From Flavobacteriaceae bacterium (GTDB lineage: Bacteria > Bacteroidota > Bacteroidia > Flavobacteriales > Flavobacteriaceae), in assembly GCA_018674025.1 (NCBI GenBank), contig JABHBC010000241.1, positions 1 through 33,349 on the forward strand: 33,349 nt of DNA, written 5' to 3'. Below, piece by piece: positions 8,746 through 17,878 of this stretch. The position numbers and the translations under genes are program-made. Positions within the stretch are counted from its first letter, which is position 1. Each line of letters begins with the position of its first letter. A model generated the notes under the pieces. That model ran no database searches. It saw only the letters and a list, made by a program, of their open reading frames with translations, and was not told the DNA's origin.

Positions 8746-9651
8746 TTAATATGTATATTTTGAAAGGTCTGGTCTGTTTTTTAAACTACTTTCTATTATT
8801 TTTATAACTTTTTTTCTTTCGTCTCCGTCAAGGGGTAATCTAGGTGGTCTTACATTTTCAGTCCCAATTCCAGTGTACGTTTCAGCTAGCTTTATATTTT
8901 GTACTAGTTTTGAATTAATGTCTAATTCAAGAAGAGGTAGAAACCATCGATATATTTCTAATGCATCAGAAATATATCCAGCTTTTTGTAATTTATAAAT
9001 TGCTACAGTCTCATTTGGAAAAGCATCAACTAATCCAGCTATCCATCCATGAGCTCCCATTAATAAACTTTCTAATGCAAGTGTATCAACGCCGGTCATA
9101 ATTTTTAGCCTATTCCCAAAATAATTTATAATTCTAGTTACATTGGAAATATCTCTAGTAGATTCTTTTACAGCTTGAATATTTTCACATTCCAATAATT
9201 GATCAAACATTTCTAATGTAACTTCAATTTTATAATCCACTGGATTATTATAAATCATAATTGGTAATGAAGTACTTTGAGCAATAGATTTAAAATACTT
9301 GACAGTTTCATCATCACTAGCTTTGTATCTCATTGGGGGTAAAATCATTAATCCTGAAGCACCATCCTTTTCAGCACTTATCGCAGACCTAATAGCTTCA
9401 CTAGTAGATTGCTCTGCAATATTCATTAAAACCGGAATTTTATTTTCAGTAATTAAAATGGTGTTTTTTATTAATTCGCTTTTTTCGAAACTAGTCAAAG
9501 TGCTAGCTTCACCCAATGTACCTCCTAAAACAATTCCACTAACTCCTGCATCAATTTGAGCTTGAATATTTACATCAAACATTTTGAAATCTAGCTGATC
9601 ATCATTTGTAAATTTTGTAGTTACAGCTGGCATAACTCCTTCCCATTTCAT
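8746..9651 (-). CDS. DapA/DHDPS-family enzyme; predicted 1-pyrroline-4-hydroxy-2-carboxylate deaminase
   Basis: 301-aa class I aldolase fold: GIVLGGTLGEASTL, IMIYNNP, and the Schiff-base lysine context QAVKEST. It is the first gene of the Hyp operon. Function is assigned from family plus operon context. Confidence 0.75.
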   Translation of the reverse strand: MKWEGVMPAVTTKFTNDDQLDFKMFDVNIQAQIDAGVSGIVLGGTLGEASTLTSFEKSELIKNTILITENKIPVLMNIAEQSTSEAIRSAISAEKDGASGLMILPPMRYKASDDETVKYFKSIAQSTSLPIMIYNNPVDYKIEVTLEMFDQLLECENIQAVKESTRDISNVTRIINYFGNRLKIMTGVDTLALESLLMGAHGWIAGLVDAFPNETVAIYKLQKAGYISDALEIYRWFLPLLELDINSKLVQNIKLAETYTGIGTENVRPPRLPLDGDERKKVIKIIESSLKNRPDLSKYTY

Positions 9652-9687
9652 AATTTATATTTTTTTAATAAAGTTATATTTTTTATT

Positions 9688-10815
9688 TTAATTTAACATA
9701 AATAAATCTGATGCAATACCATCAGATAAAAACTTACCTTTTCTTGTAATATATAAATATTTGTTTTTAATTATTAACAACTCATTATTGATATGATTTT
9801 GAGAGTTTTCAATTATTTGATTTTTATAAATAGTACCAAATTCGTTTTCAATATCAACAAGTGATATCCCTTTATTAGTTCTTAATCCGAACATAACTGT
9901 TTCATTAAATTTATCAATTAATGATAAAGATTCTTTACTATTTGGTAAAACATTATTGTTTAGAGATTCTATATACTTTATATTATTATTAATATTCCAA
10001 AATCTATCATTTCCATTGAATGAGTGAGCTGATGGTCCAATCCCAATATACTTTTTTCTAGTCCAATAAGCCGAATTATTCACGCTGTAGAGTTTGTTTT
10101 TTGCAAAATTAGATAATTCATAATTTTCATAATTGTGATTCTCTAAAATATCTAAAAGGATATAAAATTGCTGCTGAGATTGAGAATCATCAATTGGTGA
10201 GATTATTCCATTATCAATATATTTTTTTAGAGCAGTTTTAGGCTCAACAGTTAAAGCATATGCAGAAATATGAGAAATATTGTGAGATATTAAAATCTCG
10301 ATATTTTCTTTCCATCTAAGGTTATCTAGTCCTGGTATACCATAAATAAGATCAACAGAAATATTATCAAAATATTTAATTGCAGATTTGATACAGTCTA
10401 AGGCTTGATTACTAGTGTGAGATCTATTCATAAGTGTTAAATCTTTTTGAAAAAAAGATTGAACTCCAATACTTAATCTATTTACTCTGGTTTTGGATAA
10501 TTCTAGTATTTTTTTATTGGTCAAATCATCTGGATTAGCTTCTAATGTTATTTCTACAGAATCATTAACAAGATAGTTATCATAGACTGTTTGTATCAAT
10601 GAATTTATTTCTATCGTACTTAATACAGATGGTGTGCCACCACCAAAATAAATAGATTCAATTTTTTTATCTTTTAGTTCTCTTTTTCTTATTAAAATTT
10701 CGTTTTTCAACGAAATAATCATTTGGTCTTTATACTTAAAGGATGTTGAAAAATGAAAATCACAATAATGACAAGCTTTTTTACAAAACGGAATATGAAT
10801 ATAAATTCCTGACAC
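9688..10815 (-). CDS. hemW: Radical SAM HemN-like protein (heme chaperone HemW / oxygen-independent coproporphyrinogen oxidase-like)
   Basis: GIYIHIPFCKKACHYCDF carries the CxxxCxxC radical SAM cluster motif at the extreme N-terminus. It also has GGGTPS and a HemN_C-like tail. The start is GTG (plus-strand cac at 10813-10815). Confidence 0.85.
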   Translation of the reverse strand: MSGIYIHIPFCKKACHYCDFHFSTSFKYKDQMIISLKNEILIRKRELKDKKIESIYFGGGTPSVLSTIEINSLIQTVYDNYLVNDSVEITLEANPDDLTNKKILELSKTRVNRLSIGVQSFFQKDLTLMNRSHTSNQALDCIKSAIKYFDNISVDLIYGIPGLDNLRWKENIEILISHNISHISAYALTVEPKTALKKYIDNGIISPIDDSQSQQQFYILLDILENHNYENYELSNFAKNKLYSVNNSAYWTRKKYIGIGPSAHSFNGNDRFWNINNNIKYIESLNNNVLPNSKESLSLIDKFNETVMFGLRTNKGISLVDIENEFGTIYKNQIIENSQNHINNELLIIKNKYLYITRKGKFLSDGIASDLFMLN

Positions 10816-10843
10816 TTAATCTTTCTTATTAATTAAATAAAAA

Positions 10844-11398
10844 TTACTTTTTTAATCTATTCTCGTTTTGTTTAATAAAACTAGACCACCCCGAGTAATT
10901 TTTTTCACCGGTTAATTTTCCAGAATTATAAAAGTGACAAACTGCAGCAGCTAAACCATCAGTAGCATCTAGATTTTTTGGAATTGTTTTTAATTTAAAC
11001 ATTCCTTGAAGCATTCTTGCCACCTGTTCTTTACTAGCATTTCCATTTCCTGTGATGGACATTTTTATTTTTTTTGGCAAATACTCAGTAATTGGAATTT
11101 CCTTGTTTAGTCCAGCTGACATTGCCACTCCTTGAGCTCGACCTAGTTTTAACATACTTTGAACATTCTTACCAAAAAAAGGAGCTTCAATTGCAATTTC
11201 ATCAGGGTGAAATGTTTCAATAAGCTCATTAGTCCTCTCATAAATTAATTTTAATTTCAAATAATGATCTTTATACTTAACTAAATTCAACTCATTAAGT
11301 TGCAAAAAAATCATTTTATTATTTACTACTTTAATAATTCCAAAACCCATAATCGTTGTTCCTGGATCAATTCCCAATATAATTCTCTCTTTAGCCAT
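10844..11398 (-). CDS. ruvC: Crossover junction endodeoxyribonuclease RuvC
   Basis: 184 aa. ILGIDPGTTIMGFGII (catalytic Asp), AIEAPFFGKNVQS and DATDGLAAAVCH are the classic RuvC motifs. Confidence 0.9.
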   Translation of the reverse strand: MAKERIILGIDPGTTIMGFGIIKVVNNKMIFLQLNELNLVKYKDHYLKLKLIYERTNELIETFHPDEIAIEAPFFGKNVQSMLKLGRAQGVAMSAGLNKEIPITEYLPKKIKMSITGNGNASKEQVARMLQGMFKLKTIPKNLDATDGLAAAVCHFYNSGKLTGEKNYSGWSSFIKQNENRLKK

Positions 11399-11407
11399 AG
11401 AAACAGT

Positions 11408-11887
11408 TTAATCAGTTGTTGATATTAGTATAGGTAAAATAAACTTTGTTTTTACCGGTTGTCCTCTTTTTATTGCAGGATATAACTTTGGCAAATCTGA
11501 AACTGTGTGTTTAAAAATAGAGTCTATTAATACATTTAATTCAGAAATCACACTTTCATTAGATAGTTCACTTAAAACTATATCTCCTTTGTTAGTAACA
11601 TTAAAATTAATGATTAAAGTGTCTGACAAAGATGAATTAACAACTACAGAATTATTAATTAAATTGGATTGTAAATTAGAGGTTATAGTATTCACAAAAC
11701 AATCAAAGTTAGATTCTTTATTGATGATTGTATCACAATTTTGAAATCTAGGGTAGGTGTCGACATCATTCCAATTAAATGTTTTTAAATCATTTGAAAC
11801 TAAATCTTCAACAACAAGTTCTTTGTTAGAAGTAAAATCACAAGAAAAGAAAATTAAAAATAAAATATAATTAATATAAAATTTCAT
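11408..11887 (-). CDS. Hypothetical lipoprotein with degenerate TonB C-terminal-like domain
   Basis: Signal peptide plus lipobox (LIFFSC). The layout YPRFQNC...DCF...LP.LYPAIKRGQPVKTKFILPI resembles flavobacterial TonB_C-like proteins. No functional evidence. Confidence 0.55.
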   Translation of the reverse strand: MKFYINYILFLIFFSCDFTSNKELVVEDLVSNDLKTFNWNDVDTYPRFQNCDTIINKESNFDCFVNTITSNLQSNLINNSVVVNSSLSDTLIINFNVTNKGDIVLSELSNESVISELNVLIDSIFKHTVSDLPKLYPAIKRGQPVKTKFILPILISTTD

Positions 11888-11972
11888 ATGCTAAAATGTA
11901 GTTTCAAATTACAAAAAATATAAACTAATATCATGTATGATTATTAATTATATTTATTAAATATTATAAATT

Positions 11973-12470
11973 ATGACTTATATATTATTAATTATTTCAA
12001 TTATATTAATTATAACTGGTCTGGTGGCAAGTTTTGTCCCAATAATTCCAGGACCAATAACTGGCTGGTTTGGCCTCTTTGTTATTTCTCAAGTTGAAGG
12101 GTTTTCAACAAGCAGTACTTTACTTACAATTACATTTATAGTTGCAATCGTAATTTTTATAGTTGACTACTTTGTTCCTATTATAGGTTCTAAATATTTT
12201 GGAGGAAGTAAATATGGTGTTATTGGCACTACTGTTGGGCTTTTAGTGGGTCTTTTTAGCCCGATTCCTTTTGGAATAATTATAGGAGCTTTTGTTGGAG
12301 CGCTAATTGGAGAATATATAGGTGGGAAAAATATAAATGAAGGGATTAAGCCGGCAATAGGTTCATTAATTGGCATTATTACATCATCTATTATAAAATT
12401 TATAACAGGATTTGCTTTTTTGATAATTTACATTAGAATAATATCTACTAATTGGGCATTATTATTTTGA
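11973..12470 (+). CDS. DUF456-like small integral membrane protein
   Basis: 165 aa, four or more hydrophobic Gly-rich helices. The N-terminal LVASFVPIIPGPITGWFG motif is typical of DUF456 as I recall it. Its 3' end overlaps the convergent LacI gene by 9 nt. Confidence 0.6.
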   Translation: MTYILLIISIILIITGLVASFVPIIPGPITGWFGLFVISQVEGFSTSSTLLTITFIVAIVIFIVDYFVPIIGSKYFGGSKYGVIGTTVGLLVGLFSPIPFGIIIGAFVGALIGEYIGGKNINEGIKPAIGSLIGIITSSIIKFITGFAFLIIYIRIISTNWALLF

Positions 12471-13502
12471 AGATCCGCTTTCGGTAGTTGTTGGGATAAT
12501 TTCTGTAACAAAAGTATAGTCAGTTGTTTTACTGTTAATTCTACTAATTAATAATTCAGCGGCCCTTTGTCCAATTTGAACAGCATGTTGGTTAATTATT
12601 GTTAGTTTTGGATAAGAAAGCATCGATATTAATTTATCACCAAAACCTACAATTGACAATTCTTTTGGAACCTTGATATTCAATTTTGATGCTATATTTA
12701 TTGAAATAACCCCAGATAAATTATCAGCTGCTATTATTGCGTCTAAATCATTATTATCTAACAAAAATTGTTCTATATTTTTATGAACATCTGCATCATA
12801 AAAAGGTTTCATTGAAGAGTTATTAGTTTGATTAGTAAGATTTAAAACTAGATTACTATCAAATTTTCCAAAAAAATCAACAGATGCTTTTCTAAAGCCA
12901 TTAGTTCTTAATTTACCTACATTTAAATTAGATATTGAAGAAATGAATCCAATTTTACGACGACCCAATTTAGCTAAACTTTTTACCTCATTATAAATAG
13001 CATCAAAATCATCAATTATAACTTTATCGCAACTAATTTTATCGGTAATTCTATCAAACATTACAACCGGAATATCTTTAAGTGTAATATTTTTTATGTG
13101 GCCAAAATCATTTTTATTTATGGTTTCTTCAGACAAGGCTAATAAAACTCCATCAACTGTCCCAGAAGCAAGTATGTTTAAATAATCAATTTCTTTAACT
13201 AATGACTCTTTAGAAGAGTAAATTATTATATCATAACCTGTATCTTCAGCAGCTTTTTGGATTCCATGGAGAACTTTTGCATAAAATCTATTTAAAATAT
13301 CTGGAATAATAACACCAAGAGTAAAAGTCTTATTATTTTTTAGACTTAGGGCAATTTTATTTCTTTTGTAATTTAATTCTTTAGCTAAATTTTGAATTTT
13401 ATTTATAGTCTCTTCACTAATCTCATCACTATTATTGAGAGCTTTAGAAACTGTCGAAACAGAAACATTTAATTTATTAGCTAATTGTTTTAAGGTTATC
13501 AT
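12462..13502 (-). CDS. LacI-family transcriptional regulator (probable PUL regulator)
   Basis: The N-terminal HTH is ITLKQLANKLNVSVSTVSKALNN, followed by a periplasmic-binding-protein-like sugar-binding core. It starts 5 nt downstream of the GH3 stop on the same strand. Confidence 0.9.
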   Translation of the reverse strand: MITLKQLANKLNVSVSTVSKALNNSDEISEETINKIQNLAKELNYKRNKIALSLKNNKTFTLGVIIPDILNRFYAKVLHGIQKAAEDTGYDIIIYSSKESLVKEIDYLNILASGTVDGVLLALSEETINKNDFGHIKNITLKDIPVVMFDRITDKISCDKVIIDDFDAIYNEVKSLAKLGRRKIGFISSISNLNVGKLRTNGFRKASVDFFGKFDSNLVLNLTNQTNNSSMKPFYDADVHKNIEQFLLDNNDLDAIIAADNLSGVISINIASKLNIKVPKELSIVGFGDKLISMLSYPKLTIINQHAVQIGQRAAELLISRINSKTTDYTFVTEIIPTTTESGSSK

Positions 13503-13507
13503 TACTT

Positions 13508-15775
13508 TTAATTAATTAAATCAAATGATTTGTTTTCCTTAACATCAGAATCTCCCCCAATGAAAACACTGAATTTTCCATTTTCTGATTCCCAGCGATC
13601 ATTTGCGGTATAATATAATAACTTAGAATTATCAATTTCAAAACTAACTTCTTTAGTTTCTCCAGGGTTTAATTCTAGAAGCTCAAAACCTTTTAACTCT
13701 TTAACAGGTCTCGCAAGACTTCCATAATGATCTCTTATGTACATTTGTACTACTTCCTTGCCTTTAACTTTTCCTGTGTTAGTAATTTTCACACTAGCAA
13801 TGATAGTGTCATCTCTTGTGATTTCCTTTGAACTTAGAGAAAAATCTGAATAGCTAAAACTAGTATAACTTAATCCGTATCCAAAAGGATATAATGGACT
13901 ATTTTCAACATCAGCATAAGTTGATTTTGTAACCTCTGCAGAAGAAGCTCCTGGTCTTCCAGTTTTTTTATAATTGTAATAAAGTGGAACTTGTCCTACA
14001 TTTCTTGGAAACGACATCGTTAATTTTCCACTAGGGTTATAATTTCCATACAATACTTCTGCAATAGCATTTCCAGACTGTGTTCCTAAGTGCCAAGTTT
14101 CTAGAATTGCAGGAATATTTTCATCAGCCCAAGTTAAATTTAAGGGTCTTCCATTCATTAATACTAAAACTATATTTTTATTTACTTTATAGACTTCTTC
14201 TAATAATTCTTGTTGTAAACCTGGTAACCCTAACTCAGTTCTACTTCTACCTTCCCCTGATTGAAAACCTTCTTCGCCTAGAACCATAACAACTATATCT
14301 GCAGATTTGGCAGCTATTTTAGCCTCTTTAAAACCGGTTTTATCTTTATGATTTAGTTTAACTCTATTATGAAAGTTAGTTTCTCCATAGTATAAATCAA
14401 CTCCCTTTTTATATGTAATAGAATTATTTCCATAGTTTTCTAATCCCTCTAATACAGTTACAGCAGTATTGCTTTCTCCAGCACCTCTCCAATTTCCAAG
14501 TGGACTATTATTATCATCAGCTAAATGTCCAATCAAAGTAATTTTCTGACCATTCTTATTAATTGGTAACAAAGAGTTTTCATTTTTTAGTAACACAATT
14601 GATTTTTTAGCCATATCTAATGCCGCTAAATTATTTTCTTTACTTCCAATTACAGTTTTTTCTCTTTCTAAATCACAATATTTATACGGATCTTCAAAAA
14701 GACCTAAATCATATTTAACCCCCAAAATCCTTTTTACAGCATCATCAATGACACTAATATCTACTTTCCCATCTGCAACTAAACCTTGTAATTCTCTAAC
14801 GTAAAGACTTGATTCCATGTCCATATCTGATCCAGCATTAGCTGCAAGCTCTGCGGCATGTACCCCATCTTTAGCGTATCCATGTGGAATCATTTCACCT
14901 ATAGAACCCCAGTCAGAAACAACAAACCCTTCAAATCCCCAGTCTCCTTTTAAAATATCTCTTTGCAAAAATTTACTTCCTGTAGCCGGAACTTCATTTA
15001 ATGTATTAAATGCATTCATAAAAGTACTTACACCTGCATCAAGCGCAGCTTTAAATGGAGGTAAAACATTATTATAAAGTGTATATTTATTTATGTCTGC
15101 AGTGTTATAATCTCTACCAGCTTCTGGAAACCCATAGGCAGCAAAATGTTTAGCACAAGCAGCAATTGTTGAAAAATCCGATAAATTTTCCCCCTGAAAT
15201 CCATTAACTCTGGCTGCAGCAATAACACTTCCTAAATAAGTGTCTTCTCCAGCTCCTTCCATAACTCTACCCCATCTAGCATCTCGATAAATATCAACCA
15301 TTGGAGCAAAAGTCCAGTTTAAGCCGGCTGCAGCTGCTTCTACAGCTGCAATTCTTGCAGATTTTTCAATGGCTTTAATGTCCCAACTCGCTGATTCAGC
15401 TAGTGGAATCGGACTAATAGTTTTATACCCATGAATAACATCAAAACCAAAGATTAATGGAATACCAAGTCTTGTTTCTTCAACAGCAATTTTTTGAAGT
15501 GCGGATACATTTTTAACTCCTGTAACATTTAACATAGAGCCAACCAAACCATTTCTCAAGTCGTCATACCTTCCTTTCTCATAACCTTTTTTTGGAAGAG
15601 GTCCTGTGGCATCCCAAAATCCGTTATATTGATTCATTTGGCCTACTTTTTCGTCTAAAGTCATTTTAGACATTAGGTCACTTATAAATATTTCTTTTTC
15701 AGAAACAGATTCATTACAACTGTAATTAAAAACTATAGTTGCTACTAAAATTATTTGTAAAAATTTTGATTTCAT
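13508..15775 (-). CDS. Glycoside hydrolase family 3 beta-glucosidase (BglX-like), lipoprotein
   Basis: 755 aa. Signal peptide with a Cys lipobox (FNYSC). GH3 motifs are KHFAAYG and the nucleophile Asp in GFVVSDWG, followed by a C-terminal FnIII-like domain. Confidence 0.9.
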   Translation of the reverse strand: MKSKFLQIILVATIVFNYSCNESVSEKEIFISDLMSKMTLDEKVGQMNQYNGFWDATGPLPKKGYEKGRYDDLRNGLVGSMLNVTGVKNVSALQKIAVEETRLGIPLIFGFDVIHGYKTISPIPLAESASWDIKAIEKSARIAAVEAAAAGLNWTFAPMVDIYRDARWGRVMEGAGEDTYLGSVIAAARVNGFQGENLSDFSTIAACAKHFAAYGFPEAGRDYNTADINKYTLYNNVLPPFKAALDAGVSTFMNAFNTLNEVPATGSKFLQRDILKGDWGFEGFVVSDWGSIGEMIPHGYAKDGVHAAELAANAGSDMDMESSLYVRELQGLVADGKVDISVIDDAVKRILGVKYDLGLFEDPYKYCDLEREKTVIGSKENNLAALDMAKKSIVLLKNENSLLPINKNGQKITLIGHLADDNNSPLGNWRGAGESNTAVTVLEGLENYGNNSITYKKGVDLYYGETNFHNRVKLNHKDKTGFKEAKIAAKSADIVVMVLGEEGFQSGEGRSRTELGLPGLQQELLEEVYKVNKNIVLVLMNGRPLNLTWADENIPAILETWHLGTQSGNAIAEVLYGNYNPSGKLTMSFPRNVGQVPLYYNYKKTGRPGASSAEVTKSTYADVENSPLYPFGYGLSYTSFSYSDFSLSSKEITRDDTIIASVKITNTGKVKGKEVVQMYIRDHYGSLARPVKELKGFELLELNPGETKEVSFEIDNSKLLYYTANDRWESENGKFSVFIGGDSDVKENKSFDLIN

Positions 15776-15800
15776 TTATTATATATTTTTTGTTGGTACT

Positions 15801-16895
15801 TTAATTATTGTAAACTCTTATATAATCAACTTCCATAGTTGATTCGATAAAATTTGGATCTATATCAAACCAGGATCCTCCCATAGCTATATTTAAAATA
15901 AAAAATTGAGGTGCATCAAATGGCCAATTTTCAATATTTTTAGGAGAGGGATTATAAGTGTAGTACAAATTATCATCAATGAAAAATTGTATTTTTTCAG
16001 ATGTCCAATTTATCGAATAGATATGAAATTCGTTGAAGTCACTGACATTTACGTGACCATTGGTCCATGTATCTCCATGACTATAGGGAGTGTGAATAGA
16101 TCCTGCAACAACTGTTGGATTATGACCCCAGTGCTCCATTATATCAATTTCTCCACATTCAGGCCAACCTACACTAGTATGATTAGCTCCCAGCATCCAA
16201 AGGGCCGGCCATGTTCCTTGACCCTCTGGTAATTTCGCTCTTATATCAACTCTACCATATTGAAATTCAAACTTATTTCTTGAAATTAACCTAGCAGAAG
16301 TATAATTGTGACCTTGGTAAGCTTCAGTTTTTGCAGTGATTTTCAAAACTCCATCCTCTACTTTTGAATTATCTAACCTACTAGTATAATATTGAGATTC
16401 ACCATTTCCCCAACCCCATTCTCCATTTCCAATTTCATGAGTCCAATTATTATTATTAACTGCTCCAGTTTCATTGAATTCCTCAGACCAAATTAATCCA
16501 GCTGATGTATCATCATTAACATATACAGAAACAGATTGAAAATCTATAACATAGTTATCAGTCTCAGAAAAAGCATATACATAAACAGTGTAATTGTTCA
16601 GACCTGGGGTTGTGTATGTGAATTCAACATTACCACTAGCACTTTCTACAACCTCTCCATTACCAAATCGAAATTCATAATTTATAGCGTCTGTTGCAGA
16701 TGCAGAACAGCTTATAACCCCACTACCATCGCCATTTAAATTATCAATGTTTTGTCCAACAATATCAATTGTTAAATTTAAGTTTGAAGGAATAATCTCT
16801 TCAATAGTCGTTCCTATATTTTCTCCTCCATTGCTAGACTTTTCACTCGAACATGAAGTGGTTAACAAAAGAATAAGTGTGATTAAACGAAACAT
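15801..16895 (-). CDS. GH16 endo-1,3-beta-glucanase (laminarinase) with N-terminal PKD/Ig-like module, lipoprotein
   Basis: Lipobox LLTTSC. The Ig-like module spans about residues 33-125. The GH16 catalytic motif EIDIME (ExDxxE) is at nt 16135-16152, with WPALWMLG upstream. Confidence 0.9.
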   Translation of the reverse strand: MFRLITLILLLTTSCSSEKSSNGGENIGTTIEEIIPSNLNLTIDIVGQNIDNLNGDGSGVISCSASATDAINYEFRFGNGEVVESASGNVEFTYTTPGLNNYTVYVYAFSETDNYVIDFQSVSVYVNDDTSAGLIWSEEFNETGAVNNNNWTHEIGNGEWGWGNGESQYYTSRLDNSKVEDGVLKITAKTEAYQGHNYTSARLISRNKFEFQYGRVDIRAKLPEGQGTWPALWMLGANHTSVGWPECGEIDIMEHWGHNPTVVAGSIHTPYSHGDTWTNGHVNVSDFNEFHIYSINWTSEKIQFFIDDNLYYTYNPSPKNIENWPFDAPQFFILNIAMGGSWFDIDPNFIESTMEVDYIRVYNN

Positions 16896-16924
16896 GATTA
16901 AATTTTAAGGTCATAAATATAATT

Positions 16925-16960
16925 AAAAAGAGAGAAATAAATAATCATTTCTCTCTTTTT
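16925..16960 (-). terminator. Intrinsic terminator/attenuator hairpin inside the PUL, between the PKD lipoprotein gene and GH16
   Basis: Perfect 14-bp inverted repeat: aaaaagagagaaat (16925-16938) and atttctctcttttt (16947-16960), with an 8-nt loop. On the minus-strand transcript the stem ends in a U5 run. It lies 25 nt after the upstream stop and 30 nt before the GH16 ATG. Confidence 0.6.
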
Positions 16961-16984
16961 AAAATATTATTATGTTATAATGTA

Positions 16985-17866
16985 CTACTGTTCATTTGTG
17001 AGTATAATATACCAAGCTAATCCTTCAAAACCTACAGTTTTAAGTGTTAAAGTATTTGATGAACTATCGATAATTTTATAAGCATGGGTTCCTCCAACAT
17101 AAAATCCAAAAAATCCATTTCCATCAAGGTAAATGTGTTCCTCACCACCTGGAGCACCTATAGTCCAATTTGATGTAAAATCTTCAGTTGGATAATATTC
17201 ATATTCATTATTACCGTTAGCTTCTAGTCCTTGATCTCCTACAAATTCATCAGCTAGTGGTGGAGCTTTTCCAAAAATACTACCAAAAGTTTCAACAGTT
17301 AAAGTTCCATCTGGAGTAAACGTGTATCTATCGTCGTACATTCCTGTATCTACTTTATCAAATGCTGCAGCTTGCCACCAGTCTGGCGTATCTAAATCAG
17401 ATGGGCCAACACCCATATGTCCAAACTCTTCCGCCTTTACTCTCCAACTTCCTGTATACATAGCCTCTAATAGTTCTGCTGGTGGAGAATACAAGACTAA
17501 TACATCTAAAGAAATAGATGTATTAGAAACAACTCCAGCTGTTCCGATTGCAATCACTGTAACTTCATAATTACTTAATCCAGTAGTAGAAAAATTATAA
17601 GTAATCATTCCACTTGGAGACATTGTTTCTACTCCATTACTAACAAATTTATAAGTGATTGCATTGTCTGCTACAGCTGTTAAATGAACTGTACCACTAC
17701 CATCTCCGTTAGGATTATTGTCATCAGCCCCAACAATTTCTGCTGAAACTTGTAAATTAGTTGGATTGACTATATCACCAAATTCGTGATCTTCTGTTTC
17801 ACAAGAAGTAAAAACTAATGCTGTAATTACTAATAGAGATTTAAATAAATATTTAATTTTTTTCAT
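16985..17866 (-). CDS. Surface lipoprotein: PKD/Ig-like module + about 165-aa C-terminal domain of unknown function (candidate glycan-binding protein)
   Basis: Lipobox VFTSC. Its N-terminal module (NPNGDGSG...YKF...GLSNYEVTV) is homologous to the GH16 N-terminal module. The Trp/Tyr-rich C-terminal domain has no catalytic motif. The position after SusC/SusD is typical of SGBPs. Confidence 0.65.
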   Translation of the reverse strand: MKKIKYLFKSLLVITALVFTSCETEDHEFGDIVNPTNLQVSAEIVGADDNNPNGDGSGTVHLTAVADNAITYKFVSNGVETMSPSGMITYNFSTTGLSNYEVTVIAIGTAGVVSNTSISLDVLVLYSPPAELLEAMYTGSWRVKAEEFGHMGVGPSDLDTPDWWQAAAFDKVDTGMYDDRYTFTPDGTLTVETFGSIFGKAPPLADEFVGDQGLEANGNNEYEYYPTEDFTSNWTIGAPGGEEHIYLDGNGFFGFYVGGTHAYKIIDSSSNTLTLKTVGFEGLAWYIILTNEQ

Positions 17867-17878
17867 TGTTATATTTTT

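Noticed and set aside
2566-12376. Short ORFs from the track nested inside larger genes on the opposite strand: 2566-2766(-), 3641-3997(+), 6773-6976(+), 9299-9559(+), 11505-11744(+), 12167-12376(-).
   Set aside because: Each lies wholly inside a long ORF with strong family motifs. Their translations are low-complexity or hydrophobic, as expected from reading AT-rich coding DNA in the antisense direction, and they have no start context or motif. They are most likely spurious.
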